Assembly: GCA_003693705.1 (NCBI GenBank)
Contig: RBZT01000673.1
Coordinates: 124,001-188,000, forward strand
Source: Polymyxa betae A26-41
Lineage: Eukaryota; Protista; Endomyxa: Phytomyxea
Length of the DNA stretch: 64,000 bases
Direction: 5' to 3'
Shown here: positions 36,778 to 54,617 of the stretch, one piece after another
Position numbering within the stretch: the stretch's first letter is position 1
How the letters are laid out: each line of letters starts with the position of its first letter
Program-made: the position numbers and the translations under genes
Notes under the pieces: model-generated
What the model saw: the letters and a program-made list of their open reading frames with translations, nothing else
Told to the model about the DNA's origin: nothing
Databases searched by the model: none

Positions 36778-38783
36778 TCATTGTTCATTAACATCAACAT
36801 CATGAACAAATACAGTCGGTTGCAATGTTGTCTCCTGAGCTGCTTGATTACGCTGCAATTGACATTGCAGCATTGTAAGCCGCCCTGATAGCGCCATCAA
36901 AGACGCAGCACCTCTTTGCCGATTATCTAATAACTGAACCCAGAATCAACCTTTACTGTAATACAAGAGTAATAACATACTAGTTTGGCTTCTGCAAGCT
37001 GTTCAGCAACGGCCGAATTGCCCAGCAAGTAAGCAGTATGTCGTTGCAAAAGGCATTGAAACCAGTTGATTGTGTTCGCCAGATGTTTCGGTTTCATGGA
37101 AGCTGATTACAACGATAAGGAACGACTACATCAGACAAAATGCAACTCACATCGAATACGCTTGACGAGTACAGTAATCAATGAAGGGATCAAAGCCGGC
37201 GGAAGGCGCGACAGCGTTGAAGCGATAAATGAGTCGCGAGTCTGATCCAGAACCAAGCACAGCTTCTGGTTATCGTTGGATTTCAGGCCTTGCACTAGTA
37301 AAGTGATCATAGAATCGGCGGATGCTGCAGCGTTATCATCATCCAGAGGAAGAGGCCTAAGAGAATGATCAGAACTAATCGGGAATTTGAAGAAAGTTAC
37401 CGACAGCGTTTCTTCGGCAGTAATGGCGACAACAACTTTGTCAGTTTTGGGTTTTTTGAGGGTTGTTGAGACGACTTCTACCGGAGCCTCAGACTTGGCT
37501 CGCTTCCTTGGAGCGCGATCCAAGGCGTTGTCCGCTTCTGAAATGACGTCAGACAAATCACGATAGCTGATGTCTGGTTTTACGACCAAACGGTGGCAAG
37601 TCGTGAGATTTATCGATGGCGCTGGATTGAAACACAGGTTGGGCAATGTGTCCGCCCGCGATCATGATCGCGTCGTCGCCTGTAAAACGCACAGCTAACG
37701 CCACACCGGCACAGTTCAACGAGACGAATTCGGTCACTGATTTCTGCTTTGAGGACTTCTTAACTTGGCCGATCTATACAATCGAACTTAGATATAACAA
37801 ATTGGCAACAGAGCTTCAACTTTACGTTGAAGATTGCGATGTTGCCGGTCTGAGCAACGCAGGCGATGGCATTCGCGCCAATCGCCAATGTTCTGGGCAA
37901 ATCGATTCCGAGATAACAAACGGCAGCATCCAATGTGTCTTTAGAGATCTTCTTTAACCTGATCGAAACGAATAAGGACGGGGCGATTACAGTCTCATGA
38001 AGGAGCAGAACGGACCGGAATGCGTTGATGGTTCGATCGCCATGAGCGATACTATACAAGATATCGCCAGCTGGATTGAACCTCATCATGACAACATCAG
38101 AAGCATGACCACGCAGCTTCATCACAGGCTTTAAGGACGCCAGATCCAATAGGCGAATCGTGCTGGAACCTAGTTAGAGCGGTCAGACAGGGAAGTCGAC
38201 ATATGCAGGAACAGCAACAGCACCGACCGCATGCCAGCTGTGTGTTATCAGGGCTGATAGCGATCGATCTCGTGACAGAACGTTTCGAAGGACGGAATTG
38301 GCGCCTTTTGACGAATTCGTCCTCGGACAAAACCCATTCTGAGCAATAACCATCATTACTACACATATACAGTTTCTATTAACAGAAATCAGTAATGGAT
38401 GGATAAGGACATTGATATCAGATAGAGACATACAGTAGCATCAGATGTAAAGCAGAGGTCGTGAATACGATCATTATGAGCATTGGTCTCATGTATGATG
38501 GCGCCTTTCGTCAAATCCACAATAACGACAGAACCGGAGGTCATGCCTAACAATAGATATTCAGTGATTGTATGGGAGTATTAGAGAGGGGAATGAGACC
38601 AATTGCTAATAATCGGCATCGTGTAGACAAGCAATGTGGAATATGATCAGATGGAAGACGTAATTGATCACCGTGAGGCGTTCCTGTCGCCGTCTCAAAG
38701 CAGCGAAGGCGCTGATCAGCAGTGACGACAACGAATATTTCGCCATCGTCTGTAAGGCATGTCAGGACCGGTTCATCTGCCAT
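36778..38783 (-). CDS. WDR43: WD40-repeat SSU processome protein WDR43/Utp5-like
   Basis: N-terminal WD repeats (TADQRLRCFET; LRGHASDV) and a Utp12-type C-terminal domain (SMITLLVQGLKSND...IASTLSRLP; WFQCLLQRHTAYL; LMALSGRL). Confidence 0.8.
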
Positions 38784-39982
38784 TGTCAGGGCTGCCGGAT
38801 CCTGGAAAATGATCCGAAACAAATATTCCAGTTCGTGGTGAGATTTACTGATCGATCACGCAGTCCGTCTCGGACTGCGTAACGGGTTTTCAACAAAATT
38901 TCGCAACAAAATCAGTTTTAGCTCCCGATATTTTTCAAGCTCAGTCGAATACGGAATACTCCTTTCTGCATTTTCGGATCGCTGAAGTGTGCGTCAGATG
39001 CTACACGTTGGTTGTTAGACGAAAGGCATTTTGTGAGTCCTTCTTTTTTTAATGAAGGAATGGAATCAACCGTCTAATTTGTTGATCAAAATCAACGGGC
39101 GATTGCTGTCATCTTCAGCACAAAGCCATTTCTGGCGACAATCATAATGCACAAGATACGATTTTTATGGTATGATTTGGTGCTATATTGTGGGACTCGA
39201 TACACATGCTCATGGAAGAATCCTGAATCTATTGCAAAATGAATACATTATGGACAGATGAGCTTCATACAGAATGTTGAACATTATTATTTCACTAATA
39301 AAGATGTTATACAATATATGGTATGAGACTATAGTTCACCCATATATTCGCAAATGCTCTGGATTATGCTGTCAGCGATCATTGCTTCAACGTATATCGT
39401 CGTATAGTTACTGGATCATGTTGGATGAAGGCTCCTTCCAGAGACTGTTTGCATTCCAGTATTATATCATATCTCGACAACAATCTCACAACCAGTGAAT
39501 GACGTCATGCCGGGCTGCCTGTTTCAAACAAGATCAAAATCATGTTATGGTTCACCATTGTGAGGAAGTTGCTCACCTTGGAGGGGAATAGTGTGTACAG
39601 GACCGCCCTCGTAGAGATGGGCATAACGGGGTACTTTATGGAGCATTTCCAGAGAGGGGAGGAATGTCAGTAGCTCCTCAGGAGTACATCTTGAGAGATA
39701 GAGCAAATGCATTCACCGATATATGGATGAAGGTCACAACTCTTAATCGTGCTGATAGTCCTCGCCGCATCCGATCAGATCCCCCTTGACCATAATGTCG
39801 TATATCTGCTCTGGCGTCACAGGGCCAGTACGTCCAAAGCTGCACTGGTTGACCATTCACCTCCCACAAATCATAGAGGGATTAATATCTAATCCCCCTG
39901 GATGATATTTCGGCCTCAAGACATTAGCATGTTCTGCTCGCGATCATCTAGGATCTACGATGTTTGAGGTTTTCCGGGCTCA

Positions 39983-40005
39983 TAGGGTTTTAGGGTTAGG
40001 GTTTA
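39983..40005 (+). repeat. Short interstitial telomere-like repeat (TAGGG TTTTAGGG TTAGGG TTTA)
   Basis: Read directly; lies about 90 bp upstream of the Acinus-like ATG. Confidence 0.55.
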
Positions 40006-40095
40006 ATTGTCAGCATGTGCGGAGCGCAAAACAGTGTTGTTGTATCTCATATCTGTTGATCTTCCATTGCTGTACAGTATTACGTCAGAGCTTCC

Positions 40096-41030
40096 ATGTC
40101 ACAGGCAGAGAACGGATCTACAGCGCAGGCGAACAGCGCAAACAGAAGTACGACTTCTCGTTCGCGTTCCGTCTCGCCTGCATCGAAAACTCAGCAACAG
40201 CGCTCCAAATCGCGATCACGATCGCCTCGTCATAAATCTGAGGTTCGACGCTCAATGTCCCGGTCGCGTTCTCCTGCTGAAGACAGGAAACGAAACCATG
40301 GCCGAGACGACATGGGATCGCCCTCACCCTCTCCTTCTGCAAAGAGACAGCGAAGGTGATTGCCGAGCAGCGTTGGCTCCAGGCTATATAGCCTATTGCT
40401 GAATCTGTTTCAGGTCACGCTCTAGATCAGAATCCAGAGACAGAATAGCTGAAGCTCCTGTTCAACCTACTGCTACTGACACTATTCAGATAAACAACTT
40501 CGTGAGACCTCTGCGAATTGGTATGCCTTTGGACCAGCAATATATATTCTGGTTGAGATCAGTTCCCATTCAGATGATGTTCGAGAGCTACTGTCCAAGT
40601 ATGGAAATGTTGAATCTCTGACAATGGACAAGTTTAAGACGCATGCTATTGTTAAAGTTGGTTGGAATGCGAAAGACATCATGATCACATTCTAAAAAGT
40701 GTCCTGCAGTTTAGTTCACGAAATGAAGCGGCCGAAGCATATCAGAACTTGCAAGGTTTCTCATTTCAACCAGAGAGCGGTAATTTATCTGCAAATGTTT
40801 CGATGCCGATTGTCAACTATGTTGTAGGGAAGACTCTATCTGTAAGTTATATTGGTGGTGAATCTAGTGGGGCAAGTATTCCCAATTCTGGAGCTTCATC
40901 AGTTGAAGCACCAGCTGTAGAACTTAGTAATGGCATTCCTCCTCCGGCTACTGATACTGTCACCCTCGATCATTTATTCAAGAAAACGACCGCATTACCA
41001 CCTCTGTATTGGCTTCCAAAGAAGATCTAA
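40096..41030 (+). CDS. Acinus-like RS/RRM protein with RSB motif
   Basis: RS-rich N-terminus, RRM starting TIQINNFVRP and a C-terminal RNPS1-SAP18-binding motif TLDHLFKKTTALPPLYWLP. Confidence 0.85.
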
Positions 41031-41126
41031 CCGGCTTCAATAAATAATCCCTTCCGGAAGTATCATCATTCTCTCAGTTTTCACATGATTTCCCTTTCTA
41101 TATAACAGTATATAATATTACACAGT

Positions 41127-42947
41127 TCACAGCAATGGATGTGGTGGCTTTTCCTTGATGTCTTCTGCGACCGAATCGAATGAAAGGTTTCCAATCAAGA
41201 CATCCTTGATCAGTTTGATTTTAGCAAGGCACTGCAGTAGGACGCCCTGATTGCATTCTAATTGCCTGTATAGATTAGCAAACCAGTAGCGCATGTCGTC
41301 CCAACATTCAGGTCGTACCCTTTCCGTATTTCACGTTGCATTACAGCAACCAGCTCTTCGAGCTTGTTTCCGAGCATCTCGTTGTTTGTTAACGAGTCGT
41401 TTAGGTTTCCCGGTAAAGATGGAACCCTGTCCTTTCTACCAGGGCTAAGCTTTGGTAATTTTTGTACGTGCTGATTTGCTGAATGTTTTGGAATTTGCTC
41501 CTTTTCCGGTTCCGTAGGAACAGGGACGAATACAAACGAACCCACTCCTGACAGTTTTTCGCCTTTCAGCAGACGCTCGGCACTGCGAATGTCAAGATGA
41601 AACAATATTACAAATCGTCCCAAATCAGATTACCTGACAATGAGTTCTGACATGTCACCAACTGGTGGATATGAAAGCATTAGTCTAATACAAGCGCTGT
41701 GATCTCCCGATAACAAATCTTTGCGAACATATTGGAGCATTGCCACACAAAAGTAATCCACGAAAGGCAACGGGTATACACTCTCAGGTTTATGATGGGA
41801 ACTGGAGCTGAAAATCGCATCCCAAATAACAAATCTAGTTTCGAATGCATCAGAAAAGTTCCATTTTGTGGTAATGCAGCTTACATATTCGCAAGGGTAA
41901 ATTCCCGAGCTAGAAGAAGGCGTAACCATCGAAGTCCATATAGTTGAGGTTGAACGCCAACCTGACAAAATTGCAGAAGGCCCATAACGTGCCGACATTT
42001 TTATACCTTGCTGAGATGTAAATACAGCTCGGAATCTGCGTCTCTAAGTAAAATATTCTGAACGTATTCCGACCTAAATGATCAATCAAGATAAAACCAA
42101 GATGTCACAGCAGCCGCAAACCTGGCTACGATCGGAGGAGGCTGATTCTCAGCATCCGAAGGTTCTGAGATAAACAGATTTGACATATTAGACATTAAGA
42201 CATCAAATACAGCAAATGAATCATGCTCGATGAAGTTTCTGTCTGCAAACTGTTATATTCAGCAGAAACATATTATTGTAAGGACCTAACCAGACAAACA
42301 ACGAATCTCTTCGGAAGAGCATTCGTCAACGTCATCGGCATCGTTGGATCTGGCCAAAATGATAGGCGATAACAGCTCGTTCATTCCTTGTCGATATGAG
42401 ACATTCGGGTTTAATTGCGCCCAGACGAATAAGATGTTTCGCATCTGCATCTGCGTTTGTGGCGACTGGAAAAAAGGTTTTGTGGGATGTGTTCGAACCA
42501 AATCAAGATCGATGGTCGATTGTAGATCAGCTGACCTGAAAAACTGAGACCTAAAAGAACAATGAGATGATGTGTGAGATTCAACGGCAAGAACATCAAA
42601 GAAGTAATCGATCGTAAAACCAGCAGATACCATGAACTTCGCTGATGTTGTGAAAGAGGATTGTTAATCTGCAGGTCGTCATCGTCATTAACAGGAGCCG
42701 CCGTGAACTTCGCTAACAAGCTGCTGTACGTCCCCCGTTGCTGATGAGCTTGTTGGACCCATTCGGCGGGATCGAGTCCTTGAAAGACGCCAAGCCAAGA
42801 CCTCCACTGCACCGACCTCGGCAGGTGATCGAGATGATGCTGTGTGAATGTCATAGATATGATTTACTTGAACGTATTATTAATAGTATGTAGTATTACG
42901 GTGCTAAAGATGGTGGCCTCCCTGGCTCCATCATTTCTATTATCCAT
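41127..42947 (-). CDS. TBC-domain Rab GAP, TBC1D5-like
   Basis: RSVQWRSWLGV, NNPLSQ...W, IDLDLVRTHP, YRQGMNELL, FIEHDSF, LRLLLAREF, IWDAIF, YFCVAML, YPP and C-terminal LAKIKLIKDVLIG. Confidence 0.9.
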
Positions 42948-43257
42948 AATACATGCAATGCATGGCATCCTTTCATTAGCAATCTTCGCACAATCGAACT
43001 GGGATTATTCTCCAAATTGTAGCTTCAAGTTCGTCCATTAATATCATGGAAAAGTGATGACAAAGTTTTCAATTTGTGTATTTTTTATTCAGTTTTACTT
43101 TGGGATAACGCAAAATCAGAAAAGAAAAAGATGAATGGTTTTTTTTCCTAAAGCCTAATTCAGTTCGAAATGAGATTTATTCTCGATATGGATTGGATGG
43201 TGGATTTAATCGCAGAATTTGTGTCGTTTGTTGGCTCAGATATTGTTCGACGCTGTC

Positions 43258-45407
<2,150 letters not shown>

Positions 45408-45808
45408 ATCCCATTTCATTCAGAGCGCATCGACTGCAGTTTGTTAGGTCTGGGTATCTGACAAGTAGGCTAAACACACCCATTCTTGATATTTAAGAAC
45501 CTCGCCAGACCAGTGTGATGTGTCATAAAGCCAGGGATGGTTTTATACTCATATAGAGAATTAGAACTGGAAACCCTTTACTTCCATTCCTGTCTAATTG
45601 TCTAATTGACATTGAAAGCCGCCTCACCCTTGCAGCTGATTCAATGCAACATTTGTGTGTTGTCGCATCAGCTCAAGTTAGCGACAACTGTTTTCTGCAG
45701 CATTTGAATGAAGCCAATACATTCTCAATAACGGTTTGATGACAGCTGGATGATTGGCACGCGGTCACGAGTTTCTATAAATATCGGGACGACGACTCCT
45801 GACTGATC

Positions 45809-48259
45809 ATGTTCTATCCAAGGCTCTTGTTGTTATGTTCTGTATTCATCATAATCTTGGTATCATGGTCGCAAGCATTGTCGTGTCGTACCTGCTCGCA
45901 GCAGGCGACCGGACCCCAAACTGATGCCTTGATTGTTGCTCATTTCACAGATTGGAAGCATTATCTAATGGTGCCTCTTGGCGGATTGATATCGATTATC
46001 AATGGATCTCTTTATACACATCTGGTTATGGGTGTGTCTTCTGTATCAAATGGTCTCTGCATAATTGCTGATGGCTGGGCTTCCCTACAACTATCATTTA
46101 CAAGCACATCATTGGGATCTGATGTCAATGACCCATACAAAGGGAACCTGAACCAAGCTCGACGTTTGAAACTCGCCTATCCACACTTGAAAACAATCCT
46201 GGAGGTGACCTCGTCTGGAGGTTTCAGTACAGCAGCTGCTGATTCGGCAAATCGAGCGAAGCTGGCCACATCGTGTGTTAGTTTGATGCAGCAATACAAT
46301 CTTGATGGTATTCAGATCAATTGGGGTATGTAACTACCATTAACATCTTTGTTATGCTCTTAATAGTATATTATAGCCAATCCTGGAACATCAGATTATA
46401 ACAATTTTGCACTGTTGGTTGCATCATTTCGATCTGCGATTCAGACCTCAACGTATCCAAATGCGACATTATCAATATCAGCAAACTTCGATCCTGCAAG
46501 ATGGAAGTCTGAGTACAATATCGCGGCCATGGCTCCGTATTTGGACTGGATAAATGTCAGATCGTTTTGGTATTGGGGTGGATCTAATTCTATAGTTGGT
46601 CATACAGCCAATCTATTCCCAGCTGGTCCATCATCACCACATTCTCGTTCTGTTGCTCAGGATCTGCAATCTGTCCTCGACCTACCAATGTCTTCGTGTA
46701 AATTACTTATGGGAATTCCGTCATTCGGATCAGTATGGAAGCTTCCATCGGCGCCGGCGTCTCTGACATTGCCCAGCTTTTATGCTGTTGGCGCAAGCAC
46801 TGGCTTAGAAGGCGGTGCTGAATTCTCAAGTTATCTAGACTTTGATGTTCAAAGGTTATTATCGAATGGGACATGGACGACCATTTGGGATTCAACAGCT
46901 CAAGCTTCTGTTTATTACAACCCATCATTACTCAATTTCATCACATACGATTCTGCAGAGTCACTGAATGCAAAGATGCAATGGGTACTGGACAATAACC
47001 TGGCAGGAGTTTCAATTGAAGACGTAACTGGTGATCTCAGATATAACAGGATCTCATCAACAGCTGTTAAGAAGTTCGAGTCATCTCGACCCTATCCCAA
47101 ATCAAGAAGCTCAACGAAGAAGTTTCTAATCACCAGCTCACAACAGCTATTTAGTGTATCCAAACAGGGCCCTATCTCGACATCATCCAGATCACAAAGC
47201 CAAACATCAACAACAAATTCACCGTCTTCAACGATTTCGTCCATTCAGAAGACGGCAAAAACGTCGTCATCATCCCAGAGCAGTTCAATGAACATATTGT
47301 CGAGCCATTCAAGTTCAGCCAGTTCTGGATCGTCTAAATCAATGCCAAGTCCTGTTGTAGCAACACCCTCTATCGTGGGATTTTCTGCAATCGCCCTCAG
47401 GTCTACAAGCACGCGATTGGCGCCGGTCTCCCCCTCGCAGAGCTCAGGCAGCAGATCACGTTCCAGATTTCCTACGATGTAAGTGTATTGGTTACGAGGT
47501 CGTGTAGAATATCAATCTCTCAACAGAACTGATACCTCTATTGGCACCTCATTCAACGCTTGGATGGTCTCCTTGGCCATTCTTTGTGATACTCGACAGT
47601 ACACCGATGATAGACGTCAATTGGAAGATGCCTATTTACGTAGTGCCCTTTCGAAGTCGCTGAATGTCGACCAGACTCAATTCGTAAATGCACAGCTTGT
47701 TTCAAGTACTCAGGCGACAACGTCAGTCTCGTTTTTGGTGCTGCCGAGATCGTCATTGGGCGTTCCTGAAGGCGATGAAATCTCTGCACTGTTCACATCA
47801 CAGATGCAAGAAACGTCGAGCTTCTTGAGGCAGAATTCTATTCTTGGTTTTGCGTTGTCACCGCCGACTCCAATATCAGTATCGCAGGTGTCTGTTCGTC
47901 GTTGCGGTCAAGATTCCTACATAATAATTAGATCTAACAGCGACAAATGCCCTACAAACACGCTCGCAACACAATCAACAAGTTCAAAAGTCACAATCAT
48001 TGGTGTCGCTGGTGGAATTGCTTTCTTAGGGGTCTTGGGCGTAGGCCTTTGGCTATATCGAAAACCAAGGTTGATGGGCCTCGAACAGCCTGCCAACGTT
48101 GTATATTTCAACGGAATGACCCAAGAAGATCCTGATGGCCATCCGTTGTCGCTCAAAGATGGTGCTGTTATTCTGGGACCTTTCACGACCAGCTCTTATG
48201 GTAGTAGTGACCAGGCATTCACGAGCTACAGCATAGTTCAAAGGACGAATACTTTGTAA
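45809..48259 (+). CDS. Single-pass membrane protein with catalytically degenerate GH18 (chi-lectin-like) ectodomain, Ser/Thr-rich stalk and TM helix
   Basis: Signal peptide; GH18 hallmarks (YTHL, KGNLNQARRLKLAYPHLK, YLDWINV, KLLMGIP, WDSTAQAS, ITYDSAESLNAKMQW..NLAG). The active site reads DGIQINWA. Introns 46326-46376 and 47479-47526; TM VTIIGVAGGIAFLGVLGVGLWLY-RK. Confidence 0.88.
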
Positions 48260-49122
48260 ATAATATAATAGATGTAATATACAGGTATTATTGTAGACGT
48301 GGTACGAACTCGTAAAGTTCTAAAGTACTTAAAGGTTCAGCTCCGAGGGTTTCTGATGTTCGGGATCTTGGTCAGATTGGATCCCTAACCACCCGGATCG
48401 AAACGTTGGATACCTTTCCCGAATATATATGGCCTAAGAACCCGGAATGGCGATGCGCCCATTTGTGCTGCAGGAACATAATGGACCGAAATAATCTATA
48501 TTCGAAGGCATGGGTAATGCCCAAGGTAATTCAGGTCCCATACAATTACAAGTCAGAAGAGCATCGTAGGTCGTCAGAAAATCGAATTCTCTGGCCGGAC
48601 AATAATGCCAGCCCAGCCCCGATCGACAAGTCGCCGAATTCAACGCTGATGTCGGTTTTGAACAGGCGGTTCTTTAGAGCGTTTGTTAAAGCAGCTGGAA
48701 AGCGTTAAGCTTGACAAAGTTTCCCCTTTCCTGAGTAATTACATTGAGTAATTGGTGAAAGGAATCAGAAATTGGCAGCAGCGGTTCATCTAATACATTA
48801 AGCTTCGATCCTGATTTGTCTCTCTAAAACCAGGACATAGCGAACACCACGAAATTGATGTTGTCTTTCAAGAGCAATCCGAATAATTATTTGGATGTAG
48901 TCGTTGTTCGCGGAACAACCGAGCCATGATACTTCTGAAGCAGGAACATTCCACATGCTCATTCATTAAGCAATTCTACGTGGGAGTAATGAAAGCGATG
49001 TCGCCTTTCTACGTCGTAAAAGTCGTGGATAACTTCCGATCTCGTTCATGTACTGATCGCCTATATCGATATCTAAGCGATACCGCTGGTAAATATCTCT
49101 CCTCGAATTGCCTCAAACGTCC

Positions 49123-51456
49123 ATGAAAGCCGCTCTTCTATTCCTAACTCTTCTATTCCACCAAGCCCAATCGTTATCATGTCGAACTTGTGCCCGGGAC
49201 ACAACTGGACCTAGAACTGATGCGTTGATCATCGGTCAATATATTGATTGGAAATACTATACATTAGAGAGCTATGGAGCTGTCATATCTAATATTAATG
49301 CGTCTATATATACGCATATAGTGATGACTGTATCATCAGTATCTAATAAGTCATGTATCATATCAGATAGATGGATCTCATTACAGAACTCCTTTACTAG
49401 TACAACATTAGGCTCAGATACCAATGATCCATATAAAGGTATCCTGAATCAAGTTCGGAAATTGAAGCTGCTCTATCCACATCTGAAAGTGGTTCTGGGG
49501 ATGACTGATGCCCCTCCATCCACCAAGCTATCTGTAGTCGCAGCCGATTCCACTTTCCGAACTCAACTCGCCCAATCCTGTGTTAATATGATGCTGCAGT
49601 ATGGTCTGGATGGCATTCAGATCGATTGGGGTCAGTTTCTATGATCGTTTTGACTGATACCATTATCATCTAAGTACTTATTTCATAGCTAAGCCAAATC
49701 CAACCGGTTCGACTCTAGCCGATCCTAATAATTATATTCTATTAGCGGCCGCTTTTCGTTCAGCGATAGCCAGCTCGACCAAACCGACGGCAACACTGTC
49801 TATTAGTGCAATATTCGATCCTTGGACAATGAACCAACATTTCAATTTGACAGGAATAGCTCCATATTTAGACTGGATTAATGTTAGACCATTTTGGTAT
49901 TGGGGCGGTTCAGATTCTGTCATTGGTCATACTGCTAACTTAGCTTCACCTGGCTCATCATCACCACATTCTCGTTATGGAGCACAAGATATACAGACCG
50001 TTATCAGTAAATCTGTACCATCATGCAAGATAATCATGGCTATACCAGCCTTTGGATTTGCATGGCAGCTGCCATCAGCACCATCATCGCTGTCACTTGC
50101 GAATTTCTACAAAGTTGGGACATCTACAGCGATATTTGACGGCTCCGAGAATGGACGGTACATTGATGTTGATATCCTGCCTCTGACAAAGGCGGGATCA
50201 AACGTCACGACTGTTTGGGACTCTACAGCTCAAGCCTCGGTTTATTACCAGGCTTCATCCCGTTTACTGTTTACTTATGAGTCGACACAATCTGTTAATG
50301 CCAAGATGCAATATGTTGTCGATAATAATCTCGCTGGAATCCTTGTCGATGATATGGGATGTGACATGAATTGGAATCTGATCGCAACAGCTGCTTTCAA
50401 TAAGTTTCGGTCACTACGACCTTGCGTAGCAACCAGCAAAAATCTGACTACCAGAAGATCATCTCTGGGTGTGTCAAGCAATACGAGAATTAATTCGGCG
50501 TCGTACCAATGGAGGTATCCGTCAATGGTAATAACAGTCGTTGATTTTTCTCTGCATTGATTGAAGCCTTGTTTGCAGCCGATCACTAATCCGTCGACCT
50601 ATGCAAGCTCAGCGTCAGCAGATTCGTATGTATACTGTAATAGCCATGTCTAATTTGGTCTTCTGAGGTTTCATGTAGATCGGCGAATGGAACACAAATT
50701 GACATGCCATTCTGGGCAGCCATGGTATCACTGCCCTTGCAACGAAGTCTGACAAAATATTCATCGGATAGGAAGCACACTGAGCTTCAATTCTTCATTG
50801 CTGATGCATCCAACGCTCTGTCAATCGATTCTAATCAGATTGTTGATTGTGTGTTGATGGCGAATGGACCGTCTGCAAGCATATTATCATTTACATTGCT
50901 GCCTGGCTCACACACAGCTCTGGATACAGCAAATGAATTCTTCAATCAGATGCAAGATTCTAGTAGCAGGCTACGCCAAGGAGCGTTGCTACAATTTGCC
51001 CCAGAGCCTCCCTTTGTCATCTCAATCACCTCTGTTCGAGTACGTCGTTGTTCCGGCAACATGATTATATCAGCGAGCTCTCAATGTTCCGATTTGAGTT
51101 CTGAGAATAACCAATCACACTTCTTTATGATGCAAACCACGTCGATAATCGCATCAGTATGTGGCTTGATGTTAGTATTAGCTTTGCTGCTGTGGATTTG
51201 TGTTTATAAGAAAAAGAGTCATCTACGTAATGTTAAAGGGCAACACCAGCAAGAGACTCCAGTTGGAAAAGAAGTTGCTGTTGGGCCGACAGCAGTTCCA
51301 GAGCCTGTACAAAATCTGGTATCGTTCTTCCATCAAGGACCTCTTGATAGCCCTACACCTATGCTAGATGTAGCTAGTTATTACTCGTCAGATGACGCAT
51401 GGCATCAGCAACAACAGCAACAGCAACGACACTATCGACCTGGTCAAACATTATAA
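49123..51456 (+). CDS. Tandem paralog: single-pass membrane protein with degenerate GH18 ectodomain
   Basis: Closely similar to 45809-48259 (SCRTC..TGP.TDALI; YLDWINVR.FWYWGGS; GHTANL). The active site reads DGIQIDWA. Intron 49631-49688; TM IIASVCGLMLVLALLLWICVY-KKK. Confidence 0.88.
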
Positions 51457-51486
51457 TACATTATTACAGCCAGCAAGAACATAATT

Positions 51487-52038
51487 TTATGTAGACAACA
51501 AACTGCTACTACAATCACCATATTGGAAGCAGGCCCCTTTGCTACTGCCAGAGTTCTGGTCGGTACCATTAACAGTGGACCAGATCAGGTCACCGTTACT
51601 CGATGTGTTGTAGTATGAGTATTCGTTCAACTGAGCGGAATCGTCCAAACTGACCAGATATGGACCATAGTGTGTGCTGCCCGAGCTTACGTCGTTAACA
51701 GGATTCGACCACAACAGAACTCCAAGTTTTGATCGCATTTGCAGGTTGCCCGCTTGGTTCAGCGTCAATGTTTCGCCAAGCTGGTCGCCCGTTGGGCAAA
51801 TCGCCCATAGAACCGTCTCATACATTCCAGTTGGATGCTGTTCGTCGGACGTCCATTGAAGCAATTTGACAGCTCCATCGCGAAACACGAGTTTGAAATC
51901 CTGCTTGGGGCTGTACAGGCAGGCATCGCCATCGTTTGTCAATGTGAATCCAACTGGTATCACACTTGATTGTGTGGAATCGCCATGGACCATAACACCA
52001 AAGGCAAATAGTAGGAGCGTCGTCAATGTTCTTACCAT
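51487..52038 (-). CDS. Secreted bulb-type lectin-like protein, 183 aa
   Basis: Signal peptide; LYSPKQDFKLVF, LNQAGNLQM...LLWS, LIWST and YGDC; paralog of 22954-23460. Confidence 0.8.
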   Translation of the reverse strand: MVRTLTTLLLFAFGVMVHGDSTQSSVIPVGFTLTNDGDACLYSPKQDFKLVFRDGAVKLLQWTSDEQHPTGMYETVLWAICPTGDQLGETLTLNQAGNLQMRSKLGVLLWSNPVNDVSSGSTHYGPYLVSLDDSAQLNEYSYYNTSSNGDLIWSTVNGTDQNSGSSKGACFQYGDCSSSLLST

Positions 52039-52211
52039 GGCTGTGAACGTTTCGAGAGAGTTAAACTTATGAAAAATGAACTCTTACGAAAAAACCAATT
52101 CAAGAAACGAGCGAACGAATGACTCATGGTGACTCACGTCAGACTATAACACTTCAGAAATTTAAAAAACCAGAGTTGAATTATATCGTGATGAATTATA
52201 TCGTGAATATA

Positions 52212-54250
<2,039 letters not shown>

Positions 54251-54617
54251 TTGCTGATAGAGCAGGAAATGATCCAGAACTTTCAGAGTGAAAGTCAGTG
54301 ACAGAAATCCGAAAAATTCAGGATATTTTGCTACAGCACTGTTCAGCTCAGCCTTTTCCTCCACTTAGCAAAAAGATTGTGAGTTGTTCCAGTTATTCAC
54401 GCAGAGTTTCAAAAAAAATTTTTGCAGAGAAATTCATCTCAGGGATGGCTAATTAGTTTAATGGCATCCACTGCTGAGCGTAAGGCATTTGCGAATTTAT
54501 CGGAGCTCTACGACCTTTCAAACATTTAAGATTTGATTACTTATCTCAAAGAATTTGCTGATATTTAAATCAAATTAATGATTAATCCCAGTAAAGACTC
54601 CTTTAAATGCACAAATA

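Noticed and set aside
47480-47485. Stop codon immediately followed by a new ORF (47482/47483), suggesting readthrough or two genes
   Set aside because: A 48-nt GT-AG intron (47479-47526) removes the stop and joins the frames.
48380-48708. CCCTAACC as a possible telomerase template, and the 100-aa ORF 48406-48708
   Set aside because: An 8-nt match is expected by chance and no supporting promoter or structure is evident; the ORF starts at TTG and has no motifs.
52178-52206. Short tandem duplication GAATTATATCGTGA x2 (also TGTCTAAT x2 near 45591)
   Set aside because: Simple slippage-type duplications in UTR or intergenic DNA; no array and not CRISPR.
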